Source: Octopus vulgaris (lineage: Eukaryota). From it: a stretch of 64,000 nt of DNA. Location of the stretch: positions 52,452,001 through 52,516,000 of the forward strand of contig OX597818.1 in assembly GCA_951406725.2 (NCBI GenBank), given 5' to 3'. Made by a program: the position numbers and the translations under genes. The notes below the pieces were generated by a model. It searched no databases and was not told the origin of the DNA. It saw only the letters and a list, made by a program, of their open reading frames with translations. The first letter of the stretch is position 1, and each line of letters opens with the position of its first letter. Of the stretch, positions 1 through 16,627 are shown piece by piece.

Positions 1-963
1 TTTTATAATTGAAAACAACCGCGAATGTGCATCCCTACGCGCTCGCACACACATATGTAAAAAGAGGAGAAAGAGAGAGAGAGAGAGAGAGGGGGGGAAG
101 GATCGGAGAGTTAGGGATGACAGCATCATTTATAATATAATATAGGAAGGAAGCGAAAAAAGTGGAAAAGTGTGAGAGACGTGAATGACAGATAATTACA
201 ACCTTTACATAAAAAGTAAATAAGCGGGAAGTCGTTTCAGCAATTACTAAATATAATTAATTACTACAAACTGATATTTATATTAATTTATTGTTGTATT
301 TTAAATAGCGGGAGTGTCTCTTGGGTAAGTAGTTCGCTTCCCATCAAAATGGTTCCGGGTTCAGTCTCATGAGTCTCTTCCACCACTGTCTCACATATTC
401 CAATTTTCCTTTTTTTTTTGTAGATGAAAGAATAATTAATCCACTGATAAAATGGGCGCTAATATACATAATACCGGAATTAAGAAATCCTATTCAATTA
501 ATTAAAACGACATCATTATATTAATGATGAGTACAATTGTTATCTGAATAAGTAAGTCAGGTCAAACGAGTAAAGAATGACAACGCCGAAATTTTAATGA
601 GTTAAAATTGATTACATATGGAATGTAGCGAAGAATGAGAGTTTGGTTTCGGCCTTATTAGGCTTTCTCAGCGAAGCTTAATAAAGCAGTCACTGAATTG
701 TATTTCTGTAGATTACAAGAGAAATACTGTACGTAGGATTTTTGTAAATGAACCCACAGTGGCGTAATGAATAAAAAAGAATGACTGGGGAATAGACTCA
801 GAGTGCTTGCTGCACGAAAACTTAAGAGTAAAGTGTGTGCTAACGTACTTAACTCTTGCCTGTCCTGTGTATCAAATGTAATATACGGGACTTATTTCCC
901 CGGCGTCCAGGCGTCATTTATGATGCACATTCGTGGTTATTTTCAATTATAAGAGTAACCTAT

Positions 964-1383
964 TTTTTTCTTTACTGCCCACAAGGGGCTAAACACAGAG
1001 GGGACAAACAAGAACAGACAAACGGATTGAGTCGATTATATCGACCCCAGTGCGTAAATGGTACTTAATTTATCGACCCCGAAAGGATGAAAGACAAAGT
1101 CGACCTCGGTGGAATTTGAACTCAGAACGTAGCGGCAGACGAAATACCTATTTCTTTACTACGGACAAGGGGCTAAACACAGAGGGGACAAACAAGAACA
1201 GACAAACGGATTGAGTCGATTATATCGACCCCAGTGCGTAACTGGTACTTATTTAATCGACCTGGAAAGGATGAAAGTCAAAGTCGACCTCGGCGGAATT
1301 TGAACTCAGAACGTAACGGCAGACGAAATACCTATTTCTTTAATACCGACAAGGGGCTAAATACAGAGGGGACAAACAAGAAC
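964..1383 (-). mobile_element. SINE group A (tRNA-derived), 5'-truncated multimer of ~2.3 body units
   Basis: ~180-bp units (...GAGTTCAAATTCCGCCGAGGTCGAC...TAGCCCCTTGTGGG..AAAGAAATA) in tandem; near-perfect TSD tataa(g/a)agtaacctat at 948-963 and 1384-1399. Confidence 0.9.
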
Positions 1384-1576
1384 TATAAAAGTAACCTATG
1401 ACTTCTGAAAGGAAGGCTTTATACTCAGAACGTATGAAAAAAGGACCAACTAAAAGTCTGGAAACAAGCATGGAAATTTAGAAGAATCTGATAAAAATGC
1501 TTTGGACAGGCAAAGGGTTAACTTTGTAAGTCAATAAATGCTAATTAATTACGTCTTTAATGATGAAAACGGTTGA

Positions 1577-1810
1577 TACTCTTTTACTCTTTTACTTGTT
1601 TCAGGCATTTGACTGCGGCCATGCTGGAGCACAGCCTTTAGTCGAGCTAATCGACCCCAGGACTTATTCCTTGGAAGCCTAGTACTTATTCTATTGGTCA
1701 CTTTTGCCGAACCGCTAAGTTACAGGGACGTAAACACACCAACATCGGTTGTCAAGCGATGTTGCGGGGACAGACACAGACATACAAACACACACACACA
1801 CACACGCGCG

Positions 1811-1867
<57 letters not shown>

Positions 1868-1870
1868 GGA
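1577..1870 (-). mobile_element. SINE group B, 3' half with internal (CA)n
   Basis: Tail TACTCTTTTACTTGTTTCAG..GCCATGCTGGAGCAC matches the full-length copies elsewhere in the window. Confidence 0.85.
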
Positions 1871-2101
1871 AATAAGTATATGTATTGATGAAAACCTCTA
1901 TGAATGGCTGAAGATTGCTGAACATTTTAAAACTGCTGTAATACTTACAATGTTTAATAAAATGATGTAGCATGAAACGATCGAACCAAATTACCGAAGA
2001 TATTCTTGTTGCTTATTTTGATCATAATCACCCCATGGATTTATATGGATAATACCGTACAAAATTCTGGTGCAACTGACTTAAGTACCATATTCATTTG
2101 A

Positions 2102-2166
<65 letters not shown>

Positions 2167-2170
<4 letters not shown>

Positions 2171-3316
2171 TAGAATAACTTAGAAAGGTTTTTGGCCAGT
2201 ATTGGCCCAGGCCATGTCTAACTTAATAGCACCACCTGGCGAAGTCTTTCAGTTCAGGATTTGGGCACCAAGGCCCATTCGAGCAGAGAGTTATTGTTTG
2301 CGGAGACATATCCGGGTGTGGATGGTTTGTCCGGTACTGTTTGAAGGAATTTGTCCAAAGACTTCTTGAATTTTGTGTGGTCAGTTTCTTTTTTGACGTG
2401 TCCTGGTGTAATGTTGAAGAGAGCGGGTCCAATTGAGGTGAAATAGTTGTGCCGTATTGTCGTTATGTGATGCGATTTAGATTTTTGTTGTGGACGGATG
2501 GCACGTGGTCCAAGCCTTGGATGCATTTTGAAGGTGATGCCAACATCATTCGGACAGTGCTGATGGAATATTTTCCACATCATACAGATAATGTAGCGTT
2601 CACGGCGTCGTTGGAGTGAATACAATTTCAGCTTCTCTAGTCTACCCCAGTAGTCAAGGTCTGACATGCCATCTATCTTTTTTGTGATTGACCTTTGGGG
2701 AGCTTCAATTCTCATAATATTTTGTTTTGTGTAGGGAGACCACAGTGGACAGCAGTATTCAAGGTGGGGTCGGGCAAAAGTGGAGAAGAGAAGGATAATA
2801 GCGTGGGAATCTCTCGACTGGAAGGTTCTGAGAATCCAGGAACACATTCTGCGGGCCATGTCAACTTTGCTGCTTATATGTGTAGCCCAGCTTATGTTGT
2901 TGTCCACTGTTACTCCCAGGTCTCTGATGTTGTTGGATGCCATGAGAATTTCTCCAGAAGGAAGAGAGTATGGGAGTTTCAGAGCGTCCTCCCTTCCAAA
3001 GTGGATCAGTTCGAATTTGTCTTCATTTAGCAACATGTTATTCTTTTCCGCCCATTGGACAACAGCCAGTAGGTCTGACTGAAGGTTTATTCGGTCATCC
3101 ACGCCATTGATGACCTTCTGGAGCTTGGAATCATCAGCGAAGGTTCTGATGTTGCTGTGTTTGATGGTGTCAGTAATATCATTTATGTAGATGATGAAGA
3201 GAAGTGGGCCCAACACAGTGCCTTGTGGGACACCACTGCTGACTTTGGCTGGGCTGGATTTGACTCCTTCGACTACAACATGTTGGGTTCTGTTAGAGAG
3301 GAAGCACTTGATCCAT

Positions 3317-3319
<3 letters not shown>
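2167..3319 (-). mobile_element. 5'-truncated CR1-group LINE (RT C-terminal half plus 3' UTR) inserted in (TA)n
   Basis: Open frame 3318-2254 with [41 protein letters not shown]; (TA)n on both sides. Confidence 0.95.
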
Positions 3320-3395
<76 letters not shown>

Positions 3396-3420
3396 CAACA
3401 ATATATATATATATATCAAC

Positions 3421-3451
<31 letters not shown>

Positions 3452-3470
3452 TATATACATATATATATAC

Positions 3471-3574
<104 letters not shown>

Positions 3575-3584
3575 TATATATATA

Positions 3585-4855
3585 CTAGCAGAGATACCCG
3601 GCGTTGCCCGGTTACATTCAATTGAAGAATTAAACTTTTCTGTTATATTTTCTGTAATGAACTGGAATATCTGTTTCGAATTTCATCAAAATTGCAGATA
3701 AGGTTTATTTCCATCTTTTCACACCCTAAAAAAATTGTAATCGTGCCACATGTATCCCATAATACTATTGATTTTTATGCGCATATTCCAAAATTCCAGT
3801 CTTATTGAAGCTGTTAAAAAGATTTTGCTCCTGAAAAATGAAGGTCATGGAGCTCTAAAATGTTTGGGGTGGGCATCTTAATGTCAACCAGAGAAGTTGA
3901 ATTGTTGAAAATCTTTTTAACTTGGGTCTTATATCTATTGTTTGAATTTCTTTGAAATAGGAAATATATGTTCACTGGGTTTGCAAAAGACAGCAAAGCT
4001 ACAAGAAACCAAAAGACGAATGATCGCAATAAGCAGTCAGTTATCCTACCCTAGTCGTTACCACTCCCAATGTAGGATTCCTCACCATCCAGGTGACAGG
4101 CACAGCCGTAAGATGCATTACGAATCTATAGCAATTAAAAGGGCGTGACCCAATCGAAATAAACATTAACAACTGTGTGACGTGAGGGCTAAGGAGAAAT
4201 GAAAGTTGGAGTTTGCAAATGACCACTGTTCTGATACGTAACTGGACAGAATAAATTAAAAATCTATAAATCCTTTGAATAACCAGTCACTCATCTGGGA
4301 AGGCCTTGAAATCAATGTTACCATGTGGGGACTATGTGTGACCCAGTGATAATAAAAAGACTGAAAGGAGATCTGCAATCAAATAACTTTACTCAACACA
4401 TTGCAACTGAATCAGTGGAGGCAAAGATGCCTCTCATTTACTTGACAATTTATGCAGCACTTTGCAGAAATCACAACGTAAGTGTATGTTAAAGTCAACT
4501 GTTACACTGTTGCATCATTGAATTAGAAATAATGCCCAACATTTATGGTCGGGTAACCCTACAGCTTCCAAGAACACAACTGTATTCGTTTTTGCTTAGA
4601 TAAAATGACAAAATTGTGGGTCATTCTAACTTTGTAAGAAGATGAAATTTTATAAATATTACTTCATTTGTGTCTAATATCTATGGTTAAAATTTCATCA
4701 ACAGCAAAAATATATGAATTGTCATGGGGGTTATGGCCCTTATGCATAGAATATAATTTCCAAATTTCATAAAGATCCATTCAGTACTTTTGACCTAGTT
4801 TTTGGATCATAAAAGAAGTGACTAAAATTTGGGAGTTAAGACTCCCATTAGGGTG

Positions 4856-4929
<74 letters not shown>
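3585..4929 (-). mobile_element. Non-autonomous Helitron-like element
   Basis: Minus-strand end CCGGGCAACGCCGGGTATCTCTGCTAG/T (hairpin plus CTAG); internal 3985-4420 is shared with 10505-10915; 5' boundary uncertain. Confidence 0.65.
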
Positions 4930-4930
<1 letters not shown>

Positions 4931-5214
4931 CACACACACATACAAAGATAAATTGATAGATACAACTGAGTGGACAAACAAAAATATGAGACACAGCCTT
5001 GTGCTTTTTTATGTTGATAAGCCTAGTACTTATTCTATTAATTTGTTCTTGTGAAACCATGAAACTAGTAAGTTATGTGGATGTAAATAAATGAACACCA
5101 GTTGTGAAGCAATGATGAGGGCGAAACACAGAGACAAAGACACACACATATACACTTACATATATACATACATATATATACGATTGATTTGTTTCAGTTC
5201 CTGTCTACGAAATC

Positions 5215-7935
5215 CATATGTATTGTTGTTGGCATTCTTTTTGTCTCGGGAGACAATGGAGTTGCGCATAAAATAATCTAGTCCGGCTTTTACATTTCAT
5301 GTCCTAATACATCTCCTGCTGTGTAGTCCTACCCTGGACAAACCCACCCTCTGGAAGGTGCCGCAAATGTAGCGAAGACTTTGCCTGGCTGGTTGTAATG
5401 TCATAGGTTCTTGTTGACGTCTTTTCTTGTCTTTCCATTTCTCTTCTCTGTCTATGTCACTCCTCTGTGTTCCCTCTTTTACGGTACGTCGCCAATCTCC
5501 ACGGTTGCTGGCAACGGCTTCCCAGTTGGTAATATTGATGTTGCAGGCATTCATGTCCCTTTTGCAAACATCCTTGTATCGTAAGAACGGTCTTCCCACG
5601 GACCTAGTGCCCCTAGCAAGCTCTTCGTTGAGTATGTCCTTGGGGATTCTGTCATCTTCCATACGGCTAACATGCCCAAGCCATCTCATACGTCTTTGTG
5701 TGAGGAGTGCAAACATGCTTGGTATTCCTGCTTGCTTGAGGACATCTTTGTTGGGGACATGATTCTGCCATTTGATGCGAAGGATTTTCCGAAGGCAACG
5801 CAGGTGAAAGATGTTTAGGCGACGTATGGCGTCGTATGGCGTGTGTATGGCGTCCAAGTCTCACTTCCATACGGTAGAGTGTTAAGTACACATGCCTGGT
5901 AAATCTTCATTTTTGTGGTCTTGGTCAGCTTATTGTTGTCCCATGCCCGTTTGGAGAGTTGGGCCATCACAGCAGCTGCATTACCAATGCGTATATTGAG
6001 TTCAGCATCAAGGGATAGGTTGTAGGTGACGGTAGAGCCAAGATAGGTAAACTTCTCAACCTCCTGTAGTCTGTGGTCTCCAATATGTATGTTTGGGATG
6101 TCCGATGTAGCCTGACCCATGATGTTGGTCTTCTTGAGGCTGATAACTAAGCCAAAGTTGCTACATGCTTGCTCAAAACAGTTGATGAGCCTTTGTAGGG
6201 CTTCTTCTGTGTGTGATACCAGAGCGGCATCATCAGCAAATAGCATCTTGATCAGGACGCTTCTGATTTTGGTCTTGGCACTCAGACGCGAGAGATTGAA
6301 CAGTTTCCGATCACTTCTACTGTGCAGAAACACTCCATCATCTGATGTTTCAAAGGCATGTGACAGCGGCATCGAGAAGAAGATGCCAAATAATGTTGGA
6401 GAAAAGACACAACCTTGCTTTACCCCTTTTTTTATTTGGAAGGCGGCTGATGTTGAACCATTATGCTGTATGGTGCCTTGCATATTATTATGGAAAGATT
6501 TGATGATCCTCAGCAGCTTTGGTGGACATCCGATTTTTTGGAGCAGGATGAAGAGGCCTTTTCTACTTACCAAGTCAAAAGCCTTTGTCAGATCAATGAA
6601 GGCCATATATAATGGCATTTTCTGCTCTCTGGATTTCTCCTGAAGTTGGCGTATGGAGAATGTCATGTCAGTAGTTGATCTGCTTCTTCTAAAGCCACAC
6701 TGCGATTCCGGATAAATTCGAGAAGCAAGCAGTTGCAGCCTGGACAGGATAATGCGAGCAGAGGCCTTTCCAACAGTGCTTAGAAGAGATATTCCACGGT
6801 AATTGTTACAATCACCACGGTCACCTTTATTTTTGTAAAGCGTAATGATGTTAGCATCCCGCATATTCTGAGGGACTGTACCCACTTCCCAGCACTGACA
6901 CAGAAGCTCATGAATGTGCCGAAGCAGGATGGTGTTTTTGCCTGTTTTGATGATCTCTTAGGGGATGCCGTCTTTTCATGGAGCCTTGTTACTTGCTAGG
7001 GAGTCAACAGCCTTGGTGAGCTCTACTATAGATGGCGGACTGTCAAGTTCGCACATGACTGGCAAGATCTTGACACCCTCGATTGCAGCCTCAGCTACCG
7101 TGGTCTTTCGTGAGTAGAGATCCTGATAGTACTCCATCCATCTATCCATTTGCTTGCTTTGGTCCTTGATGAGATCCCCAGTAGTTGATTTCAGAGGGGC
7201 TGACTTGGTTGCGGATGGACCGAAGGCCTTCTTCAAACCGGCATACATCCCACGGGTATCGCCTCTGTCAGCAGCTGACTGGATACTCTGACAGATTTCT
7301 TGCCAATACCTATTTGCACAGCGTCTGGCAGCCAGTTGGGTTTTATTTCTTGCCTTTCTGAGTTCTTCAAGTGACTTTGTAGAAGAATCACTCTTCTATT
7401 GCATCAGAGCTGCACGCTTTGCTTCGATAACTGTTTCCAGCTCTGAGAGACCAGCACTGAACCAATCTGGGTTTTGCCTTTCTCTCATACCGAAAGTATC
7501 TATTGATGTGGTATACAAAGCTTCCCTGATATAACTCCACCTACTTTCAGCAGAGGAGGTTGGGCAGCTACTGAGGGCAACCTTGATAGAAACAGCAAAA
7601 CATTGTCGCAGTGTAGGGTCCGAGGTTCTGGCAGTGTTTATGCGTGGTCGGCCCAATTTCTTGGAGTGATGGACTTTTTTAGGCAGAATCCTCACCCTGC
7701 TTCTTATAAGTGAATGATGTATGTCACAATCAGCACTGGGGTATCTACGGGTCAGTTGAACAGAATTCAGACAGGATCTTCGTGTAATGATGAGATCCAG
7801 CTGATGCCAGTGCTGAGATATTGGATGTCTCCAAGATGCCTTGTGGGATGTCTTGTTGGCAAAGAATGTGTTGGTTATGGTATGTGCAAAATTCAAGTAG
7901 TCTCTGACCATTGTCATTCATGTTGCCAATACCAA
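5215..7935 (-). mobile_element. 5'-truncated, frameshifted RTE-clade LINE (end of APE domain, RT, C-terminus)
   Basis: ORF pieces 7396-7917, 6976-7248, 5815-6885, 5297-5857 with NYRGISLLS, FIDLTKAFD, GVKQGC, LFADD, FTYLGS, WLGHV; (AAC)n-like tail. Confidence 0.95.
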
Positions 7936-7998
7936 AACACATACACTTACATATATACATACATATATATGATTGATTTGTTCCAGTTCCTGTCTACG

Positions 7999-8003
<5 letters not shown>

Positions 8004-8092
<89 letters not shown>

Positions 8093-8343
8093 ATGTGTGT
8101 GTGTGTGTGCGTGTGCATGTGTATGTGTGTATATATGTGTGTATGTGTGTGTATGCGCGTGTGTATATATGCATATATGTGTGTGTAATCGCATGTGCGT
8201 GTATATATATATATGTGTATGTGTGTGTGTGTATGTGTGTATATGTTTGTGTGTATGTCTGTGTATGCATGTGTATATATATGTATATATATGTGTGCGT
8301 GTGTATGTATATATATGTGTGCGTGCGTGTGTTCGTATGTGTG

Positions 8344-8376
<33 letters not shown>

Positions 8377-8925
8377 ATGTGTGTATATGTGTGTGTATGT
8401 GTGTGTATGCTCGTGTGCATATATGTATATATGTGTGTGTGTATGTGTATGCGTGTGTAATCGCATGTATGTGTGTATATATATGTGTATGTGTGTGTGT
8501 ATGTGTGTATATGTTTGTGTGTATGTCTGTGTATGCATGTGTATATATATGTATATATATGTGTGCGTGTGTATGTATATATGTGTGTGCGTGCGTGTGT
8601 TCGTATGTGTGTATATATATATGTGTGTGTGTGTGTGCATGTGTATGTGTGTATATGTGTGTGTATGTGTGTGTATGCTCGTGTGCATATATGTATATAT
8701 GTGTGTGTGTATGTGTATGCGTGTGTAATCGCATGTATGTGTGTATATATATATGTGTATGTGTGTGTGTGTATGTGTGTATATGTTTGTGTGTTTGTGT
8801 GTGTATGCATGTGTGTGTGTGTATATATATATGTGTATGTGTGTGTGTATGTGTGTATATGCTTGTGTGTATGTGTGTGTATGCATGTGTGTATATACGT
8901 ATATATGTGTGTGTGTGTGCGTGTG
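8004..8925. repeat. Compound (CT)n/(AT)n/(GT)n microsatellite with ~270-bp higher-order period
   Basis: Marker GTGTAATCGCATGT recurs at ~8183, ~8455 and ~8723. Confidence 0.85.
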
Positions 8926-9150
8926 TGAGTTTCTTTGAGCTTAAGTTTGCCCCCACCCCCACTTGACAACCAGTGTTAGTTTGATTACGTTCCCGTAACT
9001 TAGCAGTTCGACAATGGAGTGGGATAGAATAAGTACCAGACTTTCAAAAAAAAAATCAGTACAGAGGTCTATTTACTGTACTAAACCCCTTTCAAGACGT
9101 TGCTACAGCATGGCCACAGTTCAATGACTGAAACCAGAAAAACATAAAAT
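8925..9150 (+). mobile_element. SINE group B, 3' part (diverged)
   Basis: CCCGTAACTTAGCAGTTCG...CAGCATGGCCACAG..TGACTGAAAC. Confidence 0.75.
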
Positions 9151-9392
9151 GATAATGGACAAAAACCTTGATATTTCTCTGCCGATGCAAAAAGTAAAAA
9201 CAAAAAGAATAATAACGTAATAACCATTGTTTGTTGAATAATCCACTCGGGATTTGTGCAATTTATCTTTTATCACGCAGACATCTTTTGGTGTCATCGT
9301 TCTGTTCAGAGATTTTTTTCCTAGGTTTTTTAAACGTTTTCTGATATTTTCGTCTTAGAGTCATTGTTGAGCTTCGTATGAGAGAACATTGT

Positions 9393-9462
<70 letters not shown>

Positions 9463-9463
9463 G

Positions 9464-9494
<31 letters not shown>

Positions 9495-9535
9495 GTATAT
9501 ATATGTATATATATGTATATATATGTATATATATG

Positions 9536-9566
<31 letters not shown>

Positions 9567-9568
9567 GC

Positions 9569-9689
<121 letters not shown>

Positions 9690-9723
9690 TTTATATATAT
9701 ATGCACATATAATAGAAATATCA

Positions 9724-9985
9724 TCTCTATATATATATTATATAAACTGCAAAATGTCTGTCTGTCTGTCTGTCTCTGCGTGTGTGTATCCTTTATACAA
9801 ATCCACAATTTTTCAGTTAGAGGGCTCGCACTTTCTATGGTCATTCAAAACCGTCCAAGGGTGGTCGTGCACATCTTTACATTTTCCTAGTCACCCCGCA
9901 AAGCCATTAAAAAAATCAATAGAAGTGACTTTTTTGTGAATTTTCTATCCAAAACCCAATCAAAATGCCCGGGTCATAGTGCTAG
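9724..9985 (+). mobile_element. Short non-autonomous Helitron
   Basis: A/TCTCTATATA...AAACTGCAAAATGTCTGTCTG start and GCCCGGGTCATAGTGCTAG/T end (5'-TC, 3'-CTAG, A-T site). Confidence 0.75.
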
Positions 9986-10504
9986 TTATTTCTAAGTCTC
10001 TTTAAAGGAGACTACGGCAGCGGTACTGGATATTAATAACTATCGCCAAGCTAACATGGCAGTCCATAAATATAGAACGAAAGCTGCCGTTGATTAGCCC
10101 CAAGAGGCCATCGCCTCTAGCTAGCTATGTGTCACACAAACCTGTGTCCATTATAACCTTCGAGCAGGGGAGGTCAGCAGTTTCTCCTTGCTGGTCTGGC
10201 ATCTACAGACTAGTTTTGAGGTGTTTGCCGCTTATCAATGTAGATTAGCCGAATCCAGCAGGCGTCGCTGCTGACCGACTGTTCGAAGGATTATTTACCT
10301 AAAATTCAGTGGAATACATCCACTGGTTTTCAAAAACAGAAATATCATTATTTATAATTCTTTTTAAAGGAGACTACGGCAGCGCTACTGGATATTAATA
10401 GTTATCGCCAAACAGCTCGAAACTAGTCTGTCGATGCCAGACCAGCAAGGGGGAGCTGCTGACCTCCCCTGTTCGAAGGTTATAATGGTTTGTGTGTTAC
10501 ATAG

Positions 10505-10955
10505 CAAGCTAGGAGCTACAGGAAACCAAAAGACGAATGATCACAATAAGCAGTCAGCTGTAGTACCCTAGTCGTTACCACTCCCAATGTAGGATTCCTC
10601 GCCATGCAGGTGACAGGCACAGCCGTAAGATGCATTACGAATCTATAGCAATTGGAAGGGCGTGACCCAACTGACGTGACGGCTATGAAGAAATGAAAGT
10701 TGGAGTTTTCAAATGACCACTATACTGATACGTAACTGGACAGAATAAATATACAATCTATAAATGTCTTTGAATAACCAGTCACTCATCTGGGAAGGCC
10801 TTGAAATCAATGTTACCATCTGGGGACTATGTGTGACCGAATGATAATAAAAAGACTGAAAGGAGATCTGCAATCAAATAACTTTACTCAACACTTTGCA
10901 ACTGAATCAGTGAGGCACACACAGACAGACATTTTGCCGTTTATATATAGAGAGA
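10505..10955 (-). mobile_element. Helitron 5' portion
   Basis: Minus strand begins TCTCTCTATATATAAACGGCAAAATGTCTGTCTG like the 9724 copy; internal sequence shared with 3985-4420. Confidence 0.7.
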
Positions 10956-11332
10956 TTTTTTAATGGGAGTGCGATAACCAAAAAGCACCCCTGCTTGTTT
11001 AAAAATACGGAACGCTCTACGACTTTGTGTGTGGTCTTTTCAGAGAACTTGATTATGATTAAGTCACTACTAAGAAGTATTTCTTTATCATAAAGCGGGA
11101 ATTCTGAGATAACATTTTCCGTCGCTATGGACGGTATTTCAGAGACAGTAACTTAACCATCTTTATTGTATCTGGGCAGTTTATAAGTACACAGCCTATC
11201 CCTCCACTCATATGCCATGACAGAAAAACAAGTCAGTGCTTTCGCTGCACCCATGCAGTAGCAGAGGATGCCGGATATTGATTAAGAATAAATCGTACGT
11301 AACTGCGTGTAGGAATGTACTTCCTTAGCCAT

Positions 11333-11762
11333 TTTTTCTACTCTAGGCACAAGGCCCGAAATTTTTGGGGATGGGGCCAGTCGATTAGATCGACCCCAGT
11401 ACGCAAATGGTACTTAATTTATCGACCCCGAAGGAATGAAAGGAAAAATCGACCTCGGCAGAATTTGAACTCAGAACGTAAAGACAGACGAAACACCGCT
11501 AAGCATTTCGCCCGGCGTGCTAACGTTTCTTATTTCTTTACTGCCCACAAGGGGCTACACACAGAGGAGACAAACAAGGACAGACAAAGGGATTAAGTCG
11601 ATTACATCAATCCCAGTGCTTAACTGGTACTTAATTTATCGACCTGAAAGGATGAAAGGCAAAGTCGGCCTCGGCGGAATTTGAACTCAGAACGTAGCGG
11701 CAGACGAAATGCTGCTAAGCATTTCGACCGTTGTGCTAACACTTCTGCCAGCTCGTCGCCTT
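11333..11762 (-). mobile_element. SINE group A dimer with alternative 3' tail
   Basis: Head GGCGACGAGCTGGCAGAA at 11762; distal tail AAATTTCGGGCCTTGTGCCTAGAGTAGAAAA. Confidence 0.85.
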
Positions 11763-12011
11763 ATATAGAGTTACTTTCTCTTAGATGAACAGCTAAAGAG
11801 CTTTCATCCTTTCACGATCGATAAAATAAGTACCAGTTGAGTACTAGGGTCGATGTAATCGACTAAGTCTTGTGCCTATACTAAAAAAGATTATTATACC
11901 TGTGTTTGTTTCCATATTAAGGTTGAAAACCTTTTGAACCTGGTTTCGTACCCACTAAGTAAATTTTGATCCCACACTTATGTATAAGTAGTTCCTTAAA
12001 ATCCTTAAAAA

Positions 12012-12455
12012 TGTTTCATCCCGAAAGCTGCCGTCATGCTGGGGCACCACCGTTGACTGTGCTACTCTAGTATGTGAGTCCATCTCTGATACGTGGCACT
12101 TGGTCAACAAGGGAGTTCGACGCCGCTGCCCGCATCTGTTTCCTGCCGAGAGTAAGGTTCATCTGGAACCCCTGACAAGACGAGATCGAGTTTAGTTTTT
12201 AAAAAACCCACATCCACACCATGCAGATCTCTCAGGCATTTAGGAAGGATATTGAAGAGCTGTGGTCCCCTGAAATCCAAGCTGTTGCAGTATCTGGTCC
12301 TGTATTTTGATGGTGATGTTGGGATCTTTGGCACCATGCTGTGGCGCCCCATTCTGCTGTTGGGGTAACTTTCAATGCCAAAATTTGGGACAAGGCCCTC
12401 CAGGATCTTCCAGATGTATATCACTGCATAACTCTCCCGCCTTCGCTCCAGGGAG
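12012..12455 (-). mobile_element. Decayed CR1-group LINE 3' end
   Basis: IYIWKILEGLVPN...RGPQLFNILP...VPDEP is homologous to the C-terminus of the 2254 ORF; 3' motif GGTGGTGCCCCAGCATG..GAAAC. Confidence 0.8.
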
Positions 12456-12964
12456 AAGTGTTATTGAAATAATGATTGAAATTAATTTCTAAATACAAAT
12501 AAAAGTTCTTGAATATTCAGAAAATAGTAATGACGTAACAATCTGAAGATATATGCCGACGACCGCTCGGTTCAAAGTCTCTCTTGACCAGAAATGGCCT
12601 GAACTCTTTGCATGAACACCCTCCCTGTACATAACTCCATGTCCCCCTACATGGCCTTGCTTTTTGCTTTTTGAGCCCAAAAATTAACTTAACTTAACTT
12701 AAGTATTACAAAGACTATTACAAAAACAGATTTCCTACTTGGGAGGTAAAAAGGCAGAACATTTGTACAGGAAGAGACTAAAGTTACTTAACGTTCATGT
12801 TTTTCATTTGAGAATAGTTTTTGGTATAAGTTAAAGAAATAAATTTCTTGTGGACTTTTATTCTTTATGAAAACGTGCTTATGTAATCGGCTAACCGGGT
12901 TTTTTTTGCAATTTGCTTCAGTGTGTTTTTATCTGTACTAACAGTTAGGTAATAAATCTCATTT

Positions 12965-16150
<3,186 letters not shown>

Positions 16151-16627
16151 TATTTACATTTTTTTTCATAAATGTAAATAAACCCAATCTGTTTCTTAAA
16201 CGAAGGACATTTTCATACGGCACAAAATGTTTTCACCTCAATAAACGTCATTGATTAGTTGAAATTGCAGAAATTGAAGAAAATAAAACAACAAATATCT
16301 TATAAACTATAGAATTTTCTCAATAAAGCCAAGAGAAAAAGATGTTTTATAAACACATTCTACCAGTATACGAAGTTTAAAAGTGTTTAGTTACGTGGAA
16401 ATTATTTTTAAAAACTGCCGGTCAAACCGAAAAGATCCATTTTTTAACTCTTACCACGGTAGTTTCTTTCTATTTACTGGCATTTATTATTCCTTCTTAT
16501 TTTTCCATAGCCGTCAACATTTTTTCTACTTTCTGACTTATATTTACTGTGCTCGTCTAATACACAAGTCTTATTAAGTCTCCTCCACTATCACTCTGTT
16601 TCCTAAACATTCTTACATTATCACCTT

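Noticed and set aside
640-682. Minus-strand CTGAGAA-AGCCTAATAAGGCC-GAAAC hammerhead-like motif
   Set aside because: Core G8 is missing and no stem I or stem III partner is evident
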